Of a stretch of 64,000 nucleotides of DNA, positions 54,983 to 64,000 are shown one piece after another (the stretch's first letter is position 1; each line of letters begins with the position of its first letter). This DNA comes from Minutocellus sp. GHC0000111 (Eukaryota), in contig OZ361259.1 in assembly GCA_977018835.1 (NCBI GenBank), positions 3,038,001 through 3,102,000 of the forward strand, written 5' to 3'. Under the pieces are notes generated by a model, which saw nothing but the letters and a program-made list of their open reading frames with translations, did no database searches and had not been told where the DNA came from. The position numbers and the translations under genes are program-made.

Positions 54983-56588
54983 ATGGAGGGCACCGACAGC
55001 ACCGACATCCGCCGAACGCGGAAGAGGGGTAGACACGTCCTCCGCGATGTTGCCTTCCTCTGTCTTGGGGGAGTGATTGCCACTTCCTATGCTGTGCCGT
55101 CTTTCATCACCCAAGACGACACTACAGCAGCTGTTACAGCCCAACATTCCAATGGCCAACTCAACGTGCTCACGAGGAGTCACCAGCCATCTTCCCCGAC
55201 CCCTGATGGTTTTTTCAACAACGAACGTGTATATTACCGAAAATACATAGACCACTCCTCGGTGCACTGTGTTGGGGAGACTCATGCAAGGTTGCTGAAA
55301 AATGTAGACGACTCTTGGCAGTACCGCAGTTGCAAGTTCCAGAACTTATGCTTTGACGTGGTGAAGAAGGAGTATGTGTTGTTCCAGTCTCCTGCGAGCC
55401 AAACGCTATTGAACATGCTAGAGCAATCCCAACAAGGGAATGTCTCCGTGTCAACATTGATGACACAGAATGCGGAAGTTTCTCTTGGCGGGATAAATGC
55501 GAAGTGGGGATCAGGGAAAGACAGGCTGAAATGGGCTCCTCGTATCATTTCACCATCATCGGACGAGTACAGGGGTAGGGGATATTACGCTCTCTCTGAC
55601 GACATTGTCTTGATACCACATCACCAGCTAAATGGTATGAACCCTGGCCATTTGGTTTGGGACGACTTTCTTCCAATTTTCAATCTACTGCGTATGTTTT
55701 TATGATTCCGCAATGAACCAGCGTCCTCTTCTTATTCGAACCGTACTGGATCCTCCGCTTTGGGCAACATGTGACACGATGGAATGGCGAAAAGAAGTAT
55801 GCGCCAAGGTAGTTCCCAAATTTCTGCCTCTTATGGGCATTCCGGGCGAATCATACCTCACTACTGGCGAGTCTTTTTTGAATGTGACGCATGGATTGCA
55901 AAAATCTGATTTGATTTGCTCCAAGAATGGAGCAGCGGGGATGGGAGCGCTCACCGATCATGGTCCGACCAAATTGCATGGGTGGCAAAAAGACGACTAT
56001 GACGAAATATTCAACCACGGCCGAGGATCTTTCTTGTTCGAATTTAGGAATTATATGCTGCAAAACATCGGCATTCCATGGGAGACGCCTTTGGTCAACA
56101 AGGATGCAAAATTCAGGATTACCTTTGCAACTAATTCATCTCGATTCCGCGTCACTGACTTTGAAACTCATATTGACGCGCTAAATCAGAGTGTTCTTAG
56201 TGATGAGATTGAAATTCATCGGTACAAGATGAGTGACCTGTCACTGAAAGATCAGGTCAGTATTGCATCGAATTCGGCAATGTACATCACTGCGGCGGGG
56301 GGAGGGGCGGTGACAGGTATGTTTCTCCCAAAAGGCGCGTCATTGATGTTTTTTTATGCTGTAGATGGAGGCCGATTACGAAACAAGCCAACCGGCCTGC
56401 CAGCCCTCTTGGACTTTGACATTCTAAACAATCTATCATATATTCGAGTGCATTGGATACCAATGCCAACTGAATTTGACGAGAGCATCGGTGAATTTGT
56501 TTTTTGTCCACTCGAACTTGATACGTTTGTGGAACTGGTGAAGCACGAATTGCATCAGATGCGTCGATCAAGATCTAAATCTACATAG
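54983..56588 (+). CDS. GT61-like (DUF563) type II membrane glycosyltransferase; frameshift in a T-run near 55700
   Basis: N-terminal TM, YRSCKFQNLCF, NPGHLVWDDFLPIF and LKDQVSIASNSAMYITAAGGGAVTGMFLPKGA. Confidence 0.8.
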
Positions 56589-56684
56589 TCTATGGTGGTC
56601 AAAGAAGCTAACAAATGTCATCTAGATCTACTACCGGTAACTTTAGAAATCCATTCCATCACCACCACCAAAAGCCAAGCAGCA

Positions 56685-56805
56685 GATCGCGATCGCGATC
56701 GCGATCGCTCGGTGGAAACCCGGAAGCATCTTGGGTACAGCTTGGTTAGGTACTTCGTACCTACCAATTGGTAGGTACAGTAACAGTACCTAGGTACCTA
56801 GGTAC
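56685..56805. repeat. Cluster of three perfect palindromes: (GATCGC)4, 22-bp GTACCTACCAATTGGTAGGTAC and 20-bp GTACCTAGGTACCTAGGTAC
   Basis: Directly visible at 56685-56708, 56757-56778 and 56786-56805. Confidence 0.9.
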
Positions 56806-56854
56806 GCCTTCATGATTATATTTATGCCCCCCAATTGATGCCCCCACCCATGCC

Positions 56855-58321
56855 ATGCTCCAACGGCCCCCACACGCCGCCAATAAAGATTTGCCCCCGC
56901 TTAGAGAAATGAACAGTAGTAACGAAGGCCCGAGGTCCACCAGAAAGAGAGGAAGGCACTTGCTCGGCACCCTGTTTTCGTTCAGCTTTGGCGCCATCGC
57001 TGCTTCAACAGTCTCGATCTACTTTCCTTCGTTACCCAATCACAACCTTGTCGACAATGAACTCCTCGTTTCGTCTATGGACCAACATGCAAAAAATGTC
57101 CACCGAAACACGTGCATCGAAACAATGAAGCAGTGCTGGTTGATGCGAAAGCAGGAGGCCAGTGATAGGAAAATAGCAGAAGCAAAAAGAGCCGCCGAAC
57201 GAGAGAGAGCTGAGGCGGCACAGAAATCTGGGCCGAAGATTACAGCTATTGGATTGCCCCAAATGAAAAAGGGAAAAAAATCAGCGAGTGCAGTCAATGA
57301 AGATCACAACCCATACAATCCAAACTATCCGAACAGGGCCATTGCAAATGAGATGGCACGGTCAGATCACTATGTTGTCGACTCTTTGGCATACCTTGCA
57401 ACATTCGAAGACGGAAACAACAAATCATATGCAATTGCAACAAATACAGAGTCGAAGCCAATCACTCTCATTGTGTTGACGGTAAATAGAAGTGTTCCGT
57501 ATCTTGCCGTCTTGGTTGCCAGCCTACTTCGTGGCAACGAGCCGCAAACTCTTGCTCATAACGTCAATTGGCATATCATCAATGTTGAGCGCAGAGTGTG
57601 CAAATGTCACTTCCAGCTATTCGACGATTTAGAAGCTCGCTTGCCGTTCATCACCTTTCATGATTGGTCGAGAAAGTACTCATATACGGAGCTCTCTGAT
57701 TTTGGGTTTGGTCGGCATAACAACAGCAAGGCTCAATTCTTAGGAGGGCAACAAATTGATTATTACCGAGCTCTCAAGCTTTGCTTGAAAATGGGATCAG
57801 CTTGGTGCAGCATTATGGAGGATGATGTTATATTGACGCATGGCTACGTGGAAAAGTTTCTCCAATTGGTATCGAAAATCAAAGAAGATGAGAACATCTT
57901 GACAGTCTCTTCTTACAACCCTTACAATGATGGGTTTTCAAAGACCCGAAAGATATCATCCAATGCATACGTCGAAAGTCAACAATACGAAGAAGATAGA
58001 ACTGCTCGGAAATACATTGATCCCAGCACATCAAAGACTCGATATCAGCTTGATGATTTGACAAGAACTTTTGGAATATCGGCCAACAGCTACCCAAGGA
58101 AAATGATTGGCAATGTGCTGCAATATGTCATAGAGAAATGCAAAGGCTTGGAGACAGATCTTTGCATTATGCGTGAGATGAATAACGACAAGCCAGGCTA
58201 TGCTAAGAAAGCAGCGTCACCGTCGTTAGCGAATCATATTGGCCATTACTCCGAGCACAGGCTTGGATATGATCCAACGTTTGAGTGGATGTCCAGTGAT
58301 GTTAGATTTCAGGTCCAGTAA
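56855..58321 (+). CDS. GT-A fold type II membrane glycosyltransferase (PGAP4/MGAT4-like)
   Basis: N-terminal TM, ITLIVLTVNRSVPYL, IDYYRALKLC, IMEDDVIL and PSLANHIGHYS. Confidence 0.75.
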   Translation: MLQRPPHAANKDLPPLREMNSSNEGPRSTRKRGRHLLGTLFSFSFGAIAASTVSIYFPSLPNHNLVDNELLVSSMDQHAKNVHRNTCIETMKQCWLMRKQEASDRKIAEAKRAAERERAEAAQKSGPKITAIGLPQMKKGKKSASAVNEDHNPYNPNYPNRAIANEMARSDHYVVDSLAYLATFEDGNNKSYAIATNTESKPITLIVLTVNRSVPYLAVLVASLLRGNEPQTLAHNVNWHIINVERRVCKCHFQLFDDLEARLPFITFHDWSRKYSYTELSDFGFGRHNNSKAQFLGGQQIDYYRALKLCLKMGSAWCSIMEDDVILTHGYVEKFLQLVSKIKEDENILTVSSYNPYNDGFSKTRKISSNAYVESQQYEEDRTARKYIDPSTSKTRYQLDDLTRTFGISANSYPRKMIGNVLQYVIEKCKGLETDLCIMREMNNDKPGYAKKAASPSLANHIGHYSEHRLGYDPTFEWMSSDVRFQVQ

Positions 58322-58468
58322 AATGGACATGAGTAAAATGGACATGAGATCTCTTCTGCACTTCCGAGATTCATAAAATAGGTGCATTGGTATTACGTTT
58401 ACAGTTTTCCCACCAGGATATCGCAGTATACCGCGTACCGCACCAGGCCATGTCTCAACAACGCGACC

Positions 58469-59569
58469 ATGACGACCATGCTGGGCCACTACCAACGCCC
58501 CGTGCTGTCAGTTGAGAGTGCATTTGTTACACTGCATCGCTCTCCCATTTGTAGATTTCCTATGGTATCGGATACGGCAAGATATTCGACTGAACCACCA
58601 GACGGCAAAAGCCAAGAAGATACTTTGCTAGATTGGGCCACCGACACCACCTTCAGCAGCAGCGTACACATTGCACCTTCAGCTTATGGAGGCTGTGGAC
58701 TATTTGCATCAAAGCCGGCAAAAGCAGGCGATGTATTATTCGTTGTTCCTTCTTCAAAATGCATTGCCTTGTCAAGTGCCACTGGCGACCAAGACTTTGG
58801 TCAAGCGTTTGAACAGCTTGCGAATGATGGCGGGCCTGGCGGCAGAAAAGCAGCTCTAGCCGGATTGGTGGCAAAGGAGATATTATTGAACAAATATTCA
58901 GATCGCCCATCAAAGTGGAGGCCATATTTGAATCTGCCAAGCGGCTCACAGGATCATTTCCTGTGGTGGTCAGATGAAGAAATCGAAGACTATCTGTTCG
59001 ACAGCAACAGTTGTGACGAAATAATCTCATTTCGAACAGGTGTAAGTCGGTGAATATACATGTCTACGTTGCATTCAATTTTCATTGTAGAGCAGCATTT
59101 CTCACATATTTGTATGCATGTATACTTTCATCGTTCTTCACCACAGATTGAATATGCATGCGAAATTCTAATGGAAATGATACAAGTTGATGATCTGCCC
59201 TGGGTAAAGTTGACAAGTCCAATATCAGACGACGACGTAGAAGAAGCCATTATGGGCGCATTTGTTTGTATATATTCGAGGGCATTTGAAGACGAGATTG
59301 AAAGCTGTACCAAATTAATACCAGTCCTTGATATGGCACAGCACTCAAATGATCCCAATCTTGATCATGAAAGTGACAGAGATGGCAATGTCATTGTAAG
59401 CGCCGTTCGTGATTTGCACAAAAACGAAGAACTCTCGATTGCATACTTGGATGCCAACGATAAGGAGGACCTCTCAAAGTTTGCCATATTCTATGGTTTT
59501 ATACCTGGAGAGGGCCAGTCGCTCAAGGAGTTGGTTGACCAAAGAAATCCGATTCTATTCCCAAGCTAA
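58469..59569 (+). CDS. SET-domain lysine methyltransferase (Rubisco LSMT-like); intron 59042-59146; start uncertain
   Basis: GGCGLFASKPAKAGDVLFVVP, SKWRPYLNLP, IYSRAF, LIPVLDMAQHS, EELSIAY and FYGFIP. Confidence 0.85.
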
Positions 59570-59762
59570 GAGTACCGGTAGGTTTTTTGCGGCAAATCTA
59601 TTTGTAGCTATAATACAGAAGTTACAGATATCTACTAATGTGACGTTTTCCCTGGCAAAACATATGTATTTCCCATACATTGTACCAGAAGGCCGGCCAA
59701 CCAGTCTCATATGTCACCTCTCGACCACTGCTAAAGAAATAAACTTGGCCACGCCAAAAAGC

Positions 59763-60257
59763 TTACTCCTCGGGGATCTCGATCTCGCCATCGTCGATGC
59801 CGGCCTGGATGTCGCGGGGGGACTCTCCGTTGACGGTGCAGCCGATGGAGTTGCAGGTGCCGAGGATCTCCTTCACGGTGCCGGCAAGGACACGGGCCAT
59901 GGAGCGCTCGCGCATGGAGCGGGCGATCTCGATGACCTGGTCGAGGGTGAGGTTGCCGTTGTGGACGATGTTCTTCTCCTTCTTGCGGTCACGGACGGGC
60001 TCGTTGAGGGCCTTCATGACGAGGGAGGAGGAAGAGGGGATCATGGTGACGGTAGCCTGACGGTTGACGACGGTGAGCTTGACGGTGACGTTCAAGCCCT
60101 TCCAGTCCTTGGTGGCCTTCTGGATGTCCTCACCGACCTTCTTGGGGGAGAGGCCGAGAGGACCGATCTTGGGCGCAAGGGAGGAGGCCGCAGCGACCTC
60201 ACCACCCACGGTGCGCATAATCACGATCTTAACGTCATCGGAAGGAGGAGGGCCCAT
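59763..60257 (-). CDS. RPL12: 60S ribosomal protein L12 (uL11)
   Basis: [49 protein letters not shown] and [10 protein letters not shown]. Confidence 0.98.
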   Translation of the reverse strand: MGPPPSDDVKIVIMRTVGGEVAAASSLAPKIGPLGLSPKKVGEDIQKATKDWKGLNVTVKLTVVNRQATVTMIPSSSSLVMKALNEPVRDRKKEKNIVHNGNLTLDQVIEIARSMRERSMARVLAGTVKEILGTCNSIGCTVNGESPRDIQAGIDDGEIEIPEE

Positions 60258-60787
60258 GGTGTTTACAGACGATGATAGCCAAAGCGAAGCTAACTACGAC
60301 AACCTTTTTGGTGGAAATGTGGAAGAGCTGACATCCGCTAGTGTGGAAATAGGTTCTGAGGTTAGTACAGGCGGTAACCATGTTGAATGAAAGACCTTCT
60401 TTTTTGGGAGTGGCTTGGCATGCAGTGCGCCGCACAACAAGCAAAGTGCGTGGCGTGCGATTGCAGCAACTTAACTTTCATAAATCTGATCGTGAAGATA
60501 CGCCGATATCTCAACAACAAAGAGGAAAGACGTTTCACATCGTCATGACGGAAAGCCGAGTAATGTCGCACAACGCGCTACTCGTATCGCGCACTGCTTG
60601 CTGCTTCGCTTTCGCATTGCTTTGTGCCAGCTCAAGCGGGATGAGTTCACGTTGTGCGTCTCTCGCCGAACGAAGAGAGAGGCTACTTCTGGGATGGCAT
60701 TGTAGAGCCGTGTTTGAAACTTTGTAGAGTTTATTGGCCAGCGCAAAAATCTCCCAAATCAACTCGAATTCCTCTAGATTTCCTACA

Positions 60788-61705
60788 ATGCACAAAATCA
60801 CCAAGAGCCCACTCTTCTCTCATGTCGGCGTCGCCTCCAATGACAACATCCGATCACCCGAACCACCAGGAATCGCATCGTTGAAGCCGAGCAGTGCTAT
60901 TGCATCCATCAAGAATCATGCCAGGAATCACACCCAAGAGCGACCCAACACCAACGCAAGTACTACAAAGAACTCTATTGGCATGTCTACCGATGTGGCT
61001 GGCATGAGTGATGACCCCTTCAAGAGGATGAAACAGAGCATTGCCGATTCCAAGGTAATCACGAGTGCCGGCGTCCACGAGATGGCTCGGCGATACCTCA
61101 AGGAACGGAGAGAAATACAAGCATCTCGCAAAAGTAACTCTTCCGCCAACTGCGTGGCCGAAAGTACGCGTGCCGGTAGTGATAGCGAACGACACCATGA
61201 ATCCAGCGGCAGCAGCTCCTTTGGTGCTGCTGGAATGCTCGGAGACAAATTTCTTCGAGGACTGGCTACTTTTTCCAGCGAGGAACACAGCTCGTCCATA
61301 TATTCTACTGCCACAGCAGACACAGCTAACACGAATTCAACTTCGTCATCATCAGAGACAATTCGCCAGTATTCGAGCTTCACTAACTTGCATCAATTCG
61401 ACGCGCAGAATTTGGTGGATCCATCTGGTACCAAGATAGATACAAACATGCCCAGTGCTACTTCTACGCCCTCAAAAAAAGGTCGACGTCCACTCAAGAG
61501 ACTCTCCAAGGATGCACAAGAGATGGTCGCCAGCTTCTTTGACGATCTTCAGAGAGAAAATTCGGACAGTTTCCTACCAGACAACTTACCCCCTTCCACA
61601 CATGTAGCAACCTGCAATAATAGTAGTGAACCAGACGGACGCATCTTCTCAAATACCAAAGCAGTTTTCCTCCGAGGCCTCCGGGGTGAAGAGGAATGTA
61701 CATAA
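60788..61705 (+). CDS. Hypothetical Ser-rich protein
   Basis: Long open frame with low-complexity composition and no recognisable motif. Confidence 0.5.
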   Translation: MHKITKSPLFSHVGVASNDNIRSPEPPGIASLKPSSAIASIKNHARNHTQERPNTNASTTKNSIGMSTDVAGMSDDPFKRMKQSIADSKVITSAGVHEMARRYLKERREIQASRKSNSSANCVAESTRAGSDSERHHESSGSSSFGAAGMLGDKFLRGLATFSSEEHSSSIYSTATADTANTNSTSSSSETIRQYSSFTNLHQFDAQNLVDPSGTKIDTNMPSATSTPSKKGRRPLKRLSKDAQEMVASFFDDLQRENSDSFLPDNLPPSTHVATCNNSSEPDGRIFSNTKAVFLRGLRGEEECT

Positions 61706-62132
61706 TTGCCCATCTAATGTAAATATACATTTCACATGTTACTAGTAATACGATCGTATAATATAATAAATCAGCAAAAGAGTGCTACGTACTTCTAGGA
61801 GACGCCTCAGACGGCATGATTAACTGCACAGACCAGCTATGCTCGCATCAACAAGAATGGGACTATACTATCTGCCTATGTGTAGACCAAAGGATTCTTG
61901 CCACGACGACCGCAATAGGTTTTTGTAAGCAATGCCATCCTCCAAATGCACATGCATGGTAGAAAAGTTCTAGATCTATATCCAGCCCAGTAGGAGGGTA
62001 TCGCAAAAGTGTGTCTAAAGTTAGCAGATCTTCATCAATAGGAGGGAATCGCAAAAGAGTGTCAATACATGGAAGCACAATCAACATGGAAAGCTTCCGT
62101 TTGCCATTATCGTTCCAATTTATTGTGGCTCG

Positions 62133-62869
62133 TCAGCTACTATTAGCCTCTTCTATTTGCCTCTTCCTATCAAGATCGAGCTCGAGATATCGAAGCAAGC
62201 TCAGCAGAGTGGCGAAGGGGCCTATCACTGGTCGGCACTTTTTAGCCACAGCATTTGCCTCATCAACTCCCAGGTTCGCCTTATACATCAAATAAGCGAC
62301 TCCACATGTTCCCGCCCTATGTGCACCCGCGAGGCAATGGACAAGCACGCTATGGCCGGCTGATATGTTTTCATCTATAAACTTGAAGACGGGTATGAAT
62401 CCATCAAGGGCTCCCTCACCAGTGCGATGATCGAAGGAATTGCGGGACACAGCAAGGCGGGCAACTGGAAAGCGAAAGTAGGTAATGGTTGGATCCTTTT
62501 CGAAATAGTTTTGGCTGTCTTGATCCTGACAGTTGAGCACACAGGTGATGCCCCTTTCGTCCAGTGTCTTTCTATTTGAAGCGGCGACGTAATTTCTACA
62601 TACACCGTGCCACCATTTTCAGATGGATGGCGCCAAATTGCATCTAAGTTGGACCACCGGTGCCTCGAACATGGCTGAAGATTGAGCTTGGCGAATAGCT
62701 TTCGCGCCTCCTCGTCATAATCAGTGGCGTCAAGACGGCGAGCGGCTGCAATCAGCTCGTCCTTTTCGACGTACGAAGAACAGTCGTGTCCCCGAAGGGC
62801 CAACAACTGACGCAAGTCGCGGACGGATAGCGCGTCGTAGTCTGTTGTTGTTGCAGCTGCTGCAGACAT
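62133..62869 (-). CDS. Dual-specificity phosphatase with N-terminal SAP-like helix pair; frameshift near 62596
   Basis: LSVRDLRQLLALRG..VEKDEL, TVYV(G)NYVAA once one base is restored, and catalytic VHCLAGAHRAG. Confidence 0.85.
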
Positions 62870-63219
62870 GATGTCGAATCAAGTAATGATTTCGTTCTGA
62901 GATGAATAATTGGTGGGATGAGTCGGGGTATTCTCTTTGCTGCTCCGCATGCATCAAGCAAGTTGATGTGAAAGATGCGGCGGGAGATCTTCTGCGAGCG
63001 AGCAATCAAGTAGTTTTGTTTTCATAAGCACTAAACCTTCAATTAATCACTAGATCAAGATTTTCCCTCGCATTACCAGTGGGTATTCTCTTCTTCTTGG
63101 CTGCCGAACCGGACAAGCAATCTCTGAGACGACGATGCCTAGATCCACATGATACAGGTAACACTCATCGTAGGTCCTGTGATTTGAAAGAGCTCCACTC
63201 CTTATGAATTGCAGGCCTG

Positions 63220-64000
63220 TCATCTCTCAAAGTCGTGCTCGCCCGCAATGATCAGATCATCGTTGCAAATTTCAAATGGATCTGGAGCAATGAATGTTTT
63301 CTTCTCCCCTCCTAGTAACGGTAGCGACAGCTTGTGTGCATGAAGACACATTCGATGGCACTCTGGCACATCAAGGGCGACATTTGATCTCGCCTTGCGC
63401 AAATCCTCAGTTGGTACATACGTTAAATCGCCAACAATTGGGTTGTTCAGAAGTGCGAGATGAAGCCTCAACTGGTGTCGACGGCCAGTCCTCGGTTGAA
63501 GCAAAACCTTGCTAACTTGCTTGCCTCTATACGTTCCCTTCCAAAGGACTACACATCGTGTCAAGGACGGCTTAAAGTCCAAACTATGCTTTCTTGCGTC
63601 ATTCGGCGTTGAAGTGTAGTAATCTTTGAAGGGATGCGAGGACGACATTGACGATTCATCCAAATATACGCGAAAGTGACCGGAAACCTCACAGAGCGGG
63701 GCATGAATGTAGAATGCATTGTCGTCCTCTCCTTTGATGCGAAAGAAAATTGGCAAGGTACGACTTGCGGTTGTCGCAATATCATCTGTACCATTCGACG
63801 ATCCGCCATCTTTAGAAATAACTTCAACATCCTTCCCCTTTGACACGATATGCTTTTCCTTCTCTTGTTGTTTCTTTTCAGAAAGAGCCGAATTGTAGAT
63901 TTTTGCCATATCTTGAAATATCTGCACATATTTGCCTTCTTTCTTCACTTCCTTCCACTTCATTGCCAGTAGTCTTGTTTCTTCATCTGCAGGGAGTGGA
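63220..64000 (-). CDS. RluA-family pseudouridine synthase (5' part outside the window)
   Basis: LQPRTGRRHQLRLHLALLNNPIVGDLTY and RMCLHAHKL. Confidence 0.9.
   Translation of the reverse strand, partial: PLPADEETRLLAMKWKEVKKEGKYVQIFQDMAKIYNSALSEKKQQEKEKHIVSKGKDVEVISKDGGSSNGTDDIATTASRTLPIFFRIKGEDDNAFYIHAPLCEVSGHFRVYLDESSMSSSHPFKDYYTSTPNDARKHSLDFKPSLTRCVVLWKGTYRGKQVSKVLLQPRTGRRHQLRLHLALLNNPIVGDLTYVPTEDLRKARSNVALDVPECHRMCLHAHKLSLPLLGGEKKTFIAPDPFEICNDDLIIAGEHDFER

Noticed and set aside
54862..55285. N-terminal extension of the 542-aa chitobiase ORF
   Set aside because: It overlaps the GT61 gene antisense, and the signal peptide begins near 54862.
59409..60275. 288-aa plus-strand ORF
   Set aside because: Antisense shadow of RPL12 caused by strong codon bias.
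1..64000. CRISPR arrays, rRNA, tRNA or prokaryotic operons
   Set aside because: No repeat-spacer array or recognisable structural-RNA signature was seen by eye, and the sequence is intron-containing eukaryotic DNA.

Overview
Eukaryotic nuclear DNA, most likely from a diatom. Support: GT-AG introns, an ASAFAP-targeted fucoxanthin-chlorophyll LHC gene and two cyclins of the diatom-specific type. The window is gene-dense, with about 31 protein-coding loci. I recognised no rRNA, tRNA or CRISPR array. The most interesting locus (16689-21234) encodes one polypeptide with an 8-TM microbial-rhodopsin domain (RWCEW in helix C, DVVAK retinal lysine in helix G), a split PAS/PAC domain, HisKA, HATPase, receiver and an Hpt-like tail. 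It is a candidate self-contained light-sensing phosphorelay and carries one in-frame TGA. Other notable items: a divergent CENP-M-like protein; a coral SAARP/CARP4-like surface protein; four adjacent amino-sugar/glycan enzymes, two sharing an N-terminal module; a bacterial-type CoA-disulfide reductase-rhodanese gene with an intron; a type II membrane kinase; a GlpA-like flavoprotein with an inserted TM hairpin; and a RAG/Transib/Chapaev-like transposase remnant. About a dozen frameshifts or in-frame stops occur, some in genes expected to be essential, so the consensus probably contains sequencing errors. All family calls come from motif recognition by eye; no database searches were run.
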